From the IMG/VR virus record IMGVR_UViG_3300011442_000001, positions 28,948-92,947 of that record: a DNA stretch of 64,000 nucleotides. One strand, 5' to 3'. The notes under the pieces are model-generated. The model had not been told where the DNA came from. It was given only the letters and a program-made list of their open reading frames with translations, and ran no database searches. Position 1 is the stretch's first letter, and each line of letters begins with the position of its first letter. The DNA is from a virus (Duplodnaviria > Caudoviricetes). Positions 55,505-64,000 of the stretch are shown here, piece after piece. A program made the position numbers and the translations under genes.

Positions 55505-55951
55505 CTATTCAAACGAAATGATATTATCAATTACTTCAGTGACTTTCGTGAAAGTCACTGAACTTCTGTCTCCCAAGAAAAGAAACTGAAGAATTTTTGT
55601 CATCCTGCTGGTGGTAGGTTCTTTCTTTCCTGTGATAATATCCGTACAGGAAATGCAGACATGATTTATTTGAGTGCAGGTGTTCATTTCTTTGATGGAA
55701 AGAATCTCCTGACAAAGCTGACACTGCATTTCTAGTTCCTTCTTCGGATTCTCAATCAACTCCTTACATTTCAGGCAGACAAACTTCTGCCCTTCTGCTG
55801 AGAAATTCTTAGCACGAATTTCTGTAACACCTATTTCTATTCCCTTTGTTGTAAGACGAATACTGGGAGATTTCCACTGCAACATCCCTGTAATATCCAC
55901 AGAGATTTCTCCACCGCAGTTTTTGTGAATGAATACGCTGTCTATATTCAT
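55505..55951 (-). CDS. Zn-finger protein
   Basis: HxxC and several CxxC pairs. Confidence 0.55.
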   Translation of the reverse strand: MNIDSVFIHKNCGGEISVDITGMLQWKSPSIRLTTKGIEIGVTEIRAKNFSAEGQKFVCLKCKELIENPKKELEMQCQLCQEILSIKEMNTCTQINHVCISCTDIITGKKEPTTSRMTKILQFLFLGDRSSVTFTKVTEVIDNIISFE

Positions 55952-55963
55952 TGGGCCTCCTTT

Positions 55964-57043
55964 CTATTTCTTCTTGTTGGATTTCTTCGGATAATTTTCT
56001 TCAGTACACATGCTGAAAAGCTCAATAGGTTCTGCAAAGAATTCATCAGGCTCTAGCTGTGTATCAAAAGGAATCATGAAAACACTCCCCTGAAAAAGGC
56101 ACATTTTCTTGGCTACTTGAGGAACATCCATAAAAATTTCTATGGGTTCTTCTAGACTTCCCAGCAGTTGCAAAGTTTCAGTGATTCCATTCTCACACAG
56201 GTCGGACAAAGAGACTGTAGATTTGTCCAGAATATCCTTTACTATTTTATCCTCTAAATCTGTGATGTTACCCGGAGGGCCGACAAAGGATGCAGGATTT
56301 ACAGGAACAATGGCTGTAGTCTGCTCCTTGGGAGGAATTACAGTAACTTTCTCAAGACCCAGATTGTCAAGAACTTTCTGAAGTTTCTCTGTGTTCAAGG
56401 AGGTTGGAATTCTTATCTTACCACTTGTAGGAAATGGCACAGAATTTAGGTCTGGACTTCCGGGGGCAAATTTTCCCAAAATCTTAGATTGAGTAAGAAT
56501 GTACGTTAATTCTCTGCCAAAGGGTGTTTCCAAAGTTGCAGGTACATACAATTCATGGGAACAAAGTGCCATAACATCCAGAAGATTTATGTACAAGCCC
56601 TGTCTGGAAGATTTTGGCATACAGAAAATATCTGGAAATCCTCCCTCTTCTGCATTGCACTCAAAAATAAACAGTTCATCCTGCAACTGAAAATTAGGAT
56701 AAAACCGTTTGAAATCCGACTGCTGTAACATTTTCAGCATACCCGGCTCGAAAACAAACGTGGCAGACTTTCTGCCAGTTTCTTGAAACAAAGCTTTCAG
56801 GACAATTCTCAAATCTGCCTCGAACTTGGAGGCAAGAGGAGTTACGTGATTTTCATTGGTGAAATTATACGTACCAATCCTCAAATCATCTTTGTCCTCG
56901 AGGGAAACGTCAGCAATATTGTGAAGACTCCCGTCATAGAAAAACATGGGGAAATCCTTCTCCAATAATTGAGACCAAACTCCCACATACTCGATACACT
57001 CTTTTGACTGAGAGTATCCAGTATATTTTGCATGTGTAATCAT
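55964..57043 (-). CDS. Hypothetical protein
   Basis: 359-aa coupled ORF. Confidence 0.55.
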   Translation of the reverse strand: MITHAKYTGYSQSKECIEYVGVWSQLLEKDFPMFFYDGSLHNIADVSLEDKDDLRIGTYNFTNENHVTPLASKFEADLRIVLKALFQETGRKSATFVFEPGMLKMLQQSDFKRFYPNFQLQDELFIFECNAEEGGFPDIFCMPKSSRQGLYINLLDVMALCSHELYVPATLETPFGRELTYILTQSKILGKFAPGSPDLNSVPFPTSGKIRIPTSLNTEKLQKVLDNLGLEKVTVIPPKEQTTAIVPVNPASFVGPPGNITDLEDKIVKDILDKSTVSLSDLCENGITETLQLLGSLEEPIEIFMDVPQVAKKMCLFQGSVFMIPFDTQLEPDEFFAEPIELFSMCTEENYPKKSNKKK

Positions 57044-57816
57044 AGTAAAATCCTTCCTTTCGAAGAAATTTGTATCTTTCCGGTCTTCAAAAGCACCGGC
57101 TCAATTTGAGAACTTAGGGTTGCCTTATCTATTTGCAGAATATTTGACAGCAAAGTTAGGCTGGCTTTTCCTCCAACAGTTCCCAGCACTTCTAGGTATC
57201 TTCTGCACAGAGTATCTTGTCCATCAAAGATACCAAATATATCTGCTAGAATCTGGTCAAAGTTTGCCAGTGATGGAGAGATTGCTGGATTTTGCTTGAA
57301 ATACAATCCAAAATTATCCACCAAAGCTTTCAGAACTCTAGGATTCCTATTTGCCGCCCTTACTAGCTTAAGAAAATTTTCCTCAGATGTTCTGAAAGGA
57401 GAACCCTCCATAGCCATCAGAAGAAGTTCATCATCCAAATATTCTGTAAAAATAAACTCGTCACATCTATTTACTAATGCTTCCGGTAAACCTCCTGTCT
57501 GGTTTGTGGCTAAAACAAATACGTGTTCTTGCTTATCAAGAAAGGGAAACAGGATTTCATACTCTTTCATCCTGTGTATTTCATCAATAAAAATCACACG
57601 CTTTCTGAACAAGAATTCACGACGGTCATATAGATAATACTCGAAGTCTTTTCCTGCCAGAAAATCGCAAATTGCAAGTGCCAGAGTAGTTTTCCCATAA
57701 CCTGACGGGCCAACTAGCAGAATTCCTCTTCTAGCCCCTTTGTCAGGATTTGCATCTAACTCTACGAGAAGCATACTCACCAAATGCATGATGTGATGCT
57801 GGCCGATAAATTGCAT
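57040..57816 (-). CDS. RuvB-like AAA+ ATPase
   Basis: FIGQ, GPSGYGKTTLA, FIDEIH, ATN..G.LP..L..R, IEP.L....I..SSKGR. Confidence 0.8.
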   Translation of the reverse strand: MQFIGQHHIMHLVSMLLVELDANPDKGARRGILLVGPSGYGKTTLALAICDFLAGKDFEYYLYDRREFLFRKRVIFIDEIHRMKEYEILFPFLDKQEHVFVLATNQTGGLPEALVNRCDEFIFTEYLDDELLLMAMEGSPFRTSEENFLKLVRAANRNPRVLKALVDNFGLYFKQNPAISPSLANFDQILADIFGIFDGQDTLCRRYLEVLGTVGGKASLTLLSNILQIDKATLSSQIEPVLLKTGKIQISSKGRILL

Positions 57817-57824
57817 AGAAACCT

Positions 57825-59078
57825 CTACTTCTTTCCTTCAGATTCAATTTTTGCTACTAAAGCTTTCTGAGTTTCTTCATCATTGAAAAACCACGGATAT
57901 TGTATATCCTTATCGTATCTCCAAATTCCGAAGGTAAAATTGCAGAGAGCCTTTTTCATGGCTTTTCTCTGTTCTTTCGTGATAATACTCTTGGAAATGG
58001 CGGGGATAACTACTTCGCAGAAGTTTTTGATATAATGTTCCTGAACTTCTTTCATGGAAGCATCATAGCAAATCATCAGTAAAGTGTGTATATCCTTGAG
58101 AGTGAGAGAATATGCAATTTGAAACTGGTAAATCATTTCTGCATACTTTGCGGCAGCAGTTTTCTTACCTGTCGAAGTCATCCCACCATTTTTCTTCCCA
58201 CTCTCTTCCGTAAAATTTTTCGCACCAGCCCCCTGCCAAGAACTGTAGTAAGTTGCAGGAGCATAAGATTCCTTAATTTCCCCGATTTTTGTCAGACCAC
58301 TTTCTTCTGCAACAAATATTGTTTCTTCTGGTACGAGTTCTACCTTGGAGAACTTGAGAGTAGTTCCATCTTCCATCTGGATAAGGTTGGAGAGAAGATT
58401 TGTAGAGAAGTCTAGAACTTTAGAGCTAGTATTAACTGCCCAGCCCAAATTTTCATTCTTTTCTCCCAGAATATACGTGATATTCAACTCCTTGGTTTTT
58501 CCACGAACAACAAAGTAAACACCTTCAATCAGAAAAACCATAGCGAATGTTCCATAGAATAATTTCATGGTTTCTGTAAAGACGACCACGAATTTCTTCT
58601 GCAAATCTGGCTCTCCATTCTCCTTAAAATTCTTCATGAACTCTTCAAAGAAAATCAGACTATCAGACCGACTGATATATTTTGCGATGGTTGCCTTGGT
58701 CTTTTCATCATAGACTTCTTCTTTGATTTCCATGTCGAACTTTTTCTCATCAAATGGTGTGAGTTTTCCGTTGTGAACAAATGTCACACCATCCAAAGTG
58801 AAAGGATGTGAGTTTTCCACACACACTGGAACTTTGGGAGAAGCCTGACGAATATGTCCCAGAAAAATTCCATTATTTTCTGGAGTTTGTGTATCCCAAA
58901 GCATACTTCCTGCATTAAATGTGCTGTGAAGCGGGAGATGACTTTTTACCACAGCTTCTCCCGGTAAAATATACCCCCATCCATCGTCGTGTTCTAGGGA
59001 ACCCGTAGAACCGGCAAGCAAGAAGAAAAGTTTGTTATACCTTTCTCCGCCGAGATTTCCAATCGTTATCTGGCACAT
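57825..59078 (-). CDS. Class II (Ntn) glutamine amidotransferase
   Basis: N-terminal Cys2, DG.G, GH.R.AS, NSHPF, HNG, DS. Confidence 0.85.
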   Translation of the reverse strand: MCQITIGNLGGERYNKLFFLLAGSTGSLEHDDGWGYILPGEAVVKSHLPLHSTFNAGSMLWDTQTPENNGIFLGHIRQASPKVPVCVENSHPFTLDGVTFVHNGKLTPFDEKKFDMEIKEEVYDEKTKATIAKYISRSDSLIFFEEFMKNFKENGEPDLQKKFVVVFTETMKLFYGTFAMVFLIEGVYFVVRGKTKELNITYILGEKNENLGWAVNTSSKVLDFSTNLLSNLIQMEDGTTLKFSKVELVPEETIFVAEESGLTKIGEIKESYAPATYYSSWQGAGAKNFTEESGKKNGGMTSTGKKTAAAKYAEMIYQFQIAYSLTLKDIHTLLMICYDASMKEVQEHYIKNFCEVVIPAISKSIITKEQRKAMKKALCNFTFGIWRYDKDIQYPWFFNDEETQKALVAKIESEGKK

Positions 59079-60454
59079 TAATCTTCATCTCCTTCTGAGG
59101 ATTCTTCATCCTCAACTTCTGGCTCGGACTCTTCTTCAAAAGATTCATCATTTACTATCGTATCATTTTCTACAAAGAATCCATCATCGGACTCGGAACT
59201 ATTCTTTTTAGGAACATCTGGATAAGGCTCACAGTCATAAATTGAGCTTGGATTCTCCTTGATATTATGTATATCCAGATAATGAGGAGGAAGAACCTTG
59301 GAGAAAAATTCCAACTTTCCCATCTTAGCAATTTCTAAAGAGATTGTATTGGAATCATCCTTGACATGTGTAAGAACAGGAATAGCAGGAATTTCCACAA
59401 AATGAGACAGGGAAATTGCTTCCAGAATTACCGCAACCTCCTCTTCGTCTGGAAGATTCTCCAATTCATATCCATGACATAGTGATACAATTTTGTTCAC
59501 AATAGTCAAGGCATCTGACATAGAAACTTCCTTGTTAGATTCTACCACTTCCAGAGTGGAAAGGTCTCTCTTATTTATTACAGTGGAAAGTTCCACAATT
59601 CCTCTGAGAAACTTTGCTATTGCCATAATCAGGTACGCATCGTGGGACTGATTGAAATGACGAAATTCCATAGTTCCGTGCTGTGGAACACTGTAGAAAT
59701 TAGACCCGGAATATCTGCACGGAGCATATTTAGCAGAACCTCCGCCGGAACGATATGCAACACCAAAACCGGCCCAAAATTCTGTCAAAGTTTTGGCATC
59801 CATCGCCTGTATAGGATTGATAATTCTTGCGTACCTTTTTTCTGTATCTCTTGTGGAAACATTTACTGCAACAGAATTTAGCAAAGGTCTGGCATAGGCA
59901 CTTCTGTTAATTTGTCCCCTGAATGTCCTACCCATTCCCCCCAGCCTAAAAAGCACAGGGTCAATCTGCAAGCAAATCTTTAACAAGGATTGCAGAATTC
60001 TGAGATTGTTGCCAAATCCTATGTGATAATGTATGGCCGCTCTATTGGAAAGAAAATCTCCAGAAGCAACCAGATAATTCTCCAGAGGATAAATCAGAGA
60101 CTCAAGTTGGGGAATTTCCAAAGGAGTTGTCACCAGTTCATAGCCCATAATTTTGTTCTCATACTTAATGTCAGAAAATAGTGAAGACATCTCTGGTGTA
60201 TGATTTGACACCAAAATTAGTCCCACATTTGTTCTGATATAAGTGGCGTTGAATTCTGTACTGGCATCATGGGTGATAGCTATTTGCCCACCAGTGTACG
60301 GATAGGCTTTTTTCATATTATTTATCATAGTGGGTAGGTTATTTTCCTTATCCAGAGAAATTCCCTCCTGTTCCATGCCAACAGTATCGAACAATTGACC
60401 GAAAAAACCATTAGGCATTTTTAAGTACCTCCTTTCATGAGATTTTTGGAACAA
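59078..60454 (-). CDS. Putative amidoligase (COOH-NH2 ligase)
   Basis: G.E.E, D.S, E.VT.P, IH.HI, RY...N, GT.EFR. Confidence 0.8.
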   Translation of the reverse strand: MFQKSHERRYLKMPNGFFGQLFDTVGMEQEGISLDKENNLPTMINNMKKAYPYTGGQIAITHDASTEFNATYIRTNVGLILVSNHTPEMSSLFSDIKYENKIMGYELVTTPLEIPQLESLIYPLENYLVASGDFLSNRAAIHYHIGFGNNLRILQSLLKICLQIDPVLFRLGGMGRTFRGQINRSAYARPLLNSVAVNVSTRDTEKRYARIINPIQAMDAKTLTEFWAGFGVAYRSGGGSAKYAPCRYSGSNFYSVPQHGTMEFRHFNQSHDAYLIMAIAKFLRGIVELSTVINKRDLSTLEVVESNKEVSMSDALTIVNKIVSLCHGYELENLPDEEEVAVILEAISLSHFVEIPAIPVLTHVKDDSNTISLEIAKMGKLEFFSKVLPPHYLDIHNIKENPSSIYDCEPYPDVPKKNSSESDDGFFVENDTIVNDESFEEESEPEVEDEESSEGDED

Positions 60455-60484
60455 ACATTACATAGTTTCAATAGTAACTCCTTT

Positions 60485-61393
60485 CTATGAACGTTCCTTT
60501 AGAATTTCTGGATAAAACACAGAAGTACCACTGACAGGAAAATGGGATGGAAAATCGTTACCAATAGCCCAGTCAAAATACTTTGCATATTTTCCTGACA
60601 CGTAGGGAGTTCCGACATCTGGGTCAGTGTTAAGCTCACAAATTGCCATAGAATTGTCGTGAGCATTCCACATAATATCCACGGCGGCATAGTCCAGTCC
60701 AAGAACCTCAGAAGCCTTGATAGATTCTATACACAAAGCTGGATTGAATTCGCTCCAATCTAACACACGCCAAAATCCTGAATTTACTTCTGAAGTTTCC
60801 ATGATATTTCCCTTGGCAAAGGATTTCTGGTGAACCAGCAAAACTTTCCCATGAGCAACGTGAATGCGAAATTCATGTGTTTTGTTGAAAACTTCTGACA
60901 CATACCAGTCTTCAACATTTTTCCCCCACAGAAAGACCATCAGTTCTTCAACAGTATTCAGGACATGGAAATCCCTACCCTTAAGGTGGCGGAAAGGTCT
61001 GGCGATTACCGGGAAAATTACATCCTGATAATATGCTGTAGACATATTTGGTTCAGGAAAGACGGTGTAAGGAACACTTACCTTGGCTTCCTGCAAGAGT
61101 CTTCTGGCAGTTCTCTTGTTGGATGTCTTTGAAATAGCCGATGGAACATTCAGGCGAAAATAATCGTCATTTGCAAAGATACGATTTCCCCAATTTATGA
61201 CGTTATTCTTTCCGTTCCACAGAATTGATTTGATACTGCCCAGATGTTTCCATGTTTTTTCGTGCTGAGTTCTTTCATACCAATTGTTCTCCCCTCTTTT
61301 GGCAACAAGATTACAGGGAGCTTCCATAGAATCCTGTATCATTTCTGTGTACTTGTCTCCAGAATATTCATGATGGTACAAAATATAATTCAT
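60485..61393 (-). CDS. ATP-grasp peptide ligase (RimK-like)
   Basis: INWG, NK, EFR.H, LGLDYAAVD, ELN. Confidence 0.8.
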   Translation of the reverse strand: MNYILYHHEYSGDKYTEMIQDSMEAPCNLVAKRGENNWYERTQHEKTWKHLGSIKSILWNGKNNVINWGNRIFANDDYFRLNVPSAISKTSNKRTARRLLQEAKVSVPYTVFPEPNMSTAYYQDVIFPVIARPFRHLKGRDFHVLNTVEELMVFLWGKNVEDWYVSEVFNKTHEFRIHVAHGKVLLVHQKSFAKGNIMETSEVNSGFWRVLDWSEFNPALCIESIKASEVLGLDYAAVDIMWNAHDNSMAICELNTDPDVGTPYVSGKYAKYFDWAIGNDFPSHFPVSGTSVFYPEILKERS

Positions 61394-61764
61394 TTCTTTT
61401 TCCTTTCTGAGAGATATTGTTTCCAGCTTCCACTTTGGATTTTTTCATAAAGTTCTTCGTTCCGTTTCTCCTTGGGCATGAAATATATCCACGCCTTTCC
61501 TGCAAAAGTATCTACTTCTTTTCTGTCATAAAAGTGTGGATAGCCCTCCAGACGGTCTAATCTCTGGAAAGTTTCAGTATCAATTTTCCAGACCTCTCCT
61601 AGGACGGAAGTGGTGGATGTTTCATCAGAAATACAGGCAGGATATGCACCAAGACTTACCATAGTAAATCCTGATACGATTTCTGTACCCATTCTTTCCG
61701 ATGTTTTGAGCAGGCGATTATTTGCTTCGCCTTTCATCAAAGTTCCATACACAAAAACTAACAT
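61390..61764 (-). CDS. Gamma-glutamylcyclotransferase (AIG2-like)
   Basis: VFVYGTL..G..N, GEV, LD.LEGYP..Y.R. Confidence 0.9.
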   Translation of the reverse strand: MLVFVYGTLMKGEANNRLLKTSERMGTEIVSGFTMVSLGAYPACISDETSTTSVLGEVWKIDTETFQRLDRLEGYPHFYDRKEVDTFAGKAWIYFMPKEKRNEELYEKIQSGSWKQYLSERKKK

Positions 61765-61777
61765 AGTTTTTTTCCTT

Positions 61778-62026
61778 TTATTTTAACTTGATAATCCACT
61801 CATTGTCTGTCATGGTAATACTTTTCACCAGAGATGCGGAAAATACTGTTCCACAGTTTACTCCAATTTCAAAGACATAACATCTGTGTGGATTCTTTTC
61901 CCAGAATGCTCTATCAGTATCTAGGAGAGGCTGATATCTAAAAATACCAGCAGTTCCGCTTGCGTTTTCCACCCTGCAAATTGCTGCTTTATCTGCCAAC
62001 AAATTCAACTGCTCTTGAAAGTTCAT
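61778..62026 (-). CDS. Hypothetical protein
   Basis: 82-aa ORF with AGGAGG RBS. Confidence 0.55.
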   Translation of the reverse strand: MNFQEQLNLLADKAAICRVENASGTAGIFRYQPLLDTDRAFWEKNPHRCYVFEIGVNCGTVFSASLVKSITMTDNEWIIKLK

Positions 62027-62061
62027 AGCTTCCTCCTTTCTTTTAGAATGAAAAAACTTAC

Positions 62062-62099
62062 TAACCAGAAACTACCAATTTCTTGATAATTTCTGGTTA
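62062..62099 (-). terminator. Terminator-like hairpin
   Basis: TAACCAGAAA...TTTCTGGTTA followed by a T-run on the minus strand. Confidence 0.55.
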
Positions 62100-62119
62100 A
62101 TAAATCCCCCTAGATTTTC

Positions 62120-62172
62120 GGGCGGTGAGTAATAAAATTAAAAGTTTTTTGTAAAGGAACTCAACTATGCCC
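62120..62172 (-). ncRNA. Y-RNA-like motif, copy 4
   Basis: GGGC-ATAG-T-TGAGT-TCCTTTA...ACTCA-CC-GCCC. Confidence 0.75.
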
Positions 62173-62180
62173 TGAAATTT

Positions 62181-62915
62181 TTACCAGCCAGCAAACAAAT
62201 GGATTAGTTTGTAAGAAATCTCCCCCACAAGATTCTTAAGAAACTTTCTACACTGAGCATTGTCAGAAAAAAGGTCGAACAAATCACCCTTACTCAGTTT
62301 TAAAAAATCAACTCCATTTTCCAGAAGCCAGATAAGCACAAATTGTTCAGAGTAATCATCAAGGCAATACCCCTTATTGTAGGTTTTAAGAACAATTTGT
62401 ACAAGTTCCTGATTGCCAGTATTGTTCTTGAGAAATTCTCTACCAATACTAGTACTTTGTTCTGCATAATATTTCCATTGAGATTCCAGGCTAAGGTTCT
62501 CAATTATTTCCTTGGGAACCCGAAGGTGAAATTCATCATACATTAACACAAGTTCTTCTGCATTAGTTCCGTCGTAGATAAGTGGTAGAGCTTCTTTGAA
62601 AGAAAGCATCTGCGTAATTTCTATGCCTTTAGCCTTCCACTTATCCCCTTCAGAATCTCTCTTGACGTATCCTATAGGCTTTACCCACGCAATTTTTGAA
62701 CCGTGTGAGATAAATCTATACAGATATTCTGCTTTGGTAAAGTAAATAGCACCCGGCTGGCAGGAACCTACCCTAGAAAGTGGAGTAATGTCTGGGTCAA
62801 AATTTTTACCGAGATGATAAACCAAACCATTGTGTCCACGGGTATTAATGATTTTATAGTACTGGACTTTGGTGGCAGATTTTTTCTTGGCTTTTTTAGA
62901 ACTTTTTGCGTCCAT
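62181..62915 (-). CDS. Hypothetical protein (YYK..H.G..Y..G.N..SC.PG.IYF domain)
   Basis: 244 aa; AAGGA RBS. Confidence 0.55.
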   Translation of the reverse strand: MDAKSSKKAKKKSATKVQYYKIINTRGHNGLVYHLGKNFDPDITPLSRVGSCQPGAIYFTKAEYLYRFISHGSKIAWVKPIGYVKRDSEGDKWKAKGIEITQMLSFKEALPLIYDGTNAEELVLMYDEFHLRVPKEIIENLSLESQWKYYAEQSTSIGREFLKNNTGNQELVQIVLKTYNKGYCLDDYSEQFVLIWLLENGVDFLKLSKGDLFDLFSDNAQCRKFLKNLVGEISYKLIHLFAGW

Positions 62916-62931
62916 CGTTTATTCCTTTCTT

Positions 62932-64000
62932 TTATTTGAACAAGTTCAAGATGGTATCTTTCTCTAGACTTTCCAGAGAAAGGTCAATATCAGCTTCTTT
63001 AGCTGTTTCGACAAGAATAGCACCTGCATATTCCAGAACAGAATTCAGAGTAATCATCGTTTCAAAATAATCCACAAGATATTGGATGGAATTCTCCGTA
63101 TACTTGTTGTTACTGGATGTGATGGAATTTCCCTGAGTTCCTTCCGTGAAATGAAAAACCAGACTTCCGTTAGAATTCTTACGCACAAATCCAAAGACAG
63201 TCTGCTTTTCCTTTATTTCAAAATCCATGCTGACAACAATCTTGGAATGGTCTACCATGTAATTCTTGGGTAAGCTTTCAACACCTTCCCGTGCCAGAAA
63301 AAATTTGGCAGGAACGGGGTCTGAGTCACTAAAGTTGTAGTAATTTACCATAGACATTGCGGCAGAATTGAACTGCGGTTTCAGATAGAAAAGTTCGCTG
63401 GAACCTTTGCCGGAAGCATCTGTCATATCTCCAGAGAACAGAACTGAACCAGAAGAATTTCTGTAAGCACTATCCCAGCCAAACTTTCCACCTAGAGTAT
63501 TCAGGGAGAAATCAAGGTCAATTCTTCTTTGGGTATTGTGCCACCAGATTCCGATAATCAAATACTTGTCCACAGTGACAGATGTTCCTGATGGAATATT
63601 TCCCACAAACTGCTTCTCAGAAGTAGGCAGACCATAATTCACACCAGCAGGAATGTAGATTTTCTTACCGTGAACTTTGGAGAAAATGTCATCCCCCAGA
63701 GAAAGCATAGTAAGTCTGAGAAAAGTTTCCACATCTTTTGGATTGTTTTGCTTGAATTCTGTGGAGAAGAGTTTTCCATTACGAATTCTGTAAACAATTG
63801 ACTCTCCGCCGGAAATCCGGTAGTTCAATGCCTGAATAATTCTCATCTTTCTCCAGACAGTAACCTTGGAAAGAAACTCCTTGGCAATTTCTAAATTCTG
63901 TTTCGTGGCTCTTTTTGAGGAGAGAACATCCAAGAACTGTGGCTCGGAGGGAACCTTGAGAGTTACAGCCAGCTTTCTTATCCTATTAATAATGTGGGCA
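62932..64000 (-). CDS. Helical protein with C-terminal TerD-like domain (divergent Ro/TROVE-TerD family), partial
   Basis: Frame is open to the window end; LPTSEKQF.GN.PSG, W.N..R.DLDFS, SGD.TDA..SE.F TerD-like motifs. Confidence 0.6.
   Translation of the reverse strand, partial: AHIINRIRKLAVTLKVPSEPQFLDVLSSKRATKQNLEIAKEFLSKVTVWRKMRIIQALNYRISGGESIVYRIRNGKLFSTEFKQNNPKDVETFLRLTMLSLGDDIFSKVHGKKIYIPAGVNYGLPTSEKQFVGNIPSGTSVTVDKYLIIGIWWHNTQRRIDLDFSLNTLGGKFGWDSAYRNSSGSVLFSGDMTDASGKGSSELFYLKPQFNSAAMSMVNYYNFSDSDPVPAKFFLAREGVESLPKNYMVDHSKIVVSMDFEIKEKQTVFGFVRKNSNGSLVFHFTEGTQGNSITSSNNKYTENSIQYLVDYFETMITLNSVLEYAGAILVETAKEADIDLSLESLEKDTILNLFK

Noticed and set aside
1-64000. Alternative genetic code (stop-codon recoding)
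   Set aside because: Core genes are full length in the standard code, and TAA, TAG and TGA all serve as stops; the only split core gene is explained by an intron

Overview
The window is a 64-kb segment of a large tailed dsDNA phage genome using the standard genetic code. Host and taxonomy cannot be determined from the sequence. Minus strand 1-21 kb is the virion module: tail tube, connectors, a GC-rich Ig/Kelch island, a major capsid gene split by a group I intron with a LAGLIDADG ORF, protease/scaffold, portal, TerL and a glycosyltransferase/C-methyltransferase cluster. 21-33 kb covers replication and recombination (dNMP kinase, exonucleases, resolvase, DnaB, SSB, RecA, family-A polymerase). 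33.7-41.4 kb is an array of 24 cloverleaf tRNAs covering all 20 amino acids, interleaved with HNH genes, small membrane proteins and many structured non-coding spacers. 43-50.3 kb is a plus-strand operon (MTases, GT2, deaminase, primase, nucleotidase, MazG-like). 50.5-64 kb on the minus strand holds an RNA ligase, a phiEco32-like amidoligase/GATase/ATP-grasp cluster and a TerD-tailed (Ro/TROVE-like) protein. The most notable signals are in RNA. (1) A four-copy covarying Y-RNA-like element; one copy carries a tRNA minihelix and one lies just downstream of the Ro/TerD-like gene. (2) A tRNA-Arg(UCU) with its D-loop moved 3' of the anticodon arm. (3) A possibly circularly permuted tRNA-Glu. (4) A -1 frameshift signal with a pseudoknot fusing an Ig protein to a Kelch propeller. 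(5) Kissing-loop RBS-sequestering leaders on two unrelated homing endonucleases. All calls were made by eye; no searches were run.
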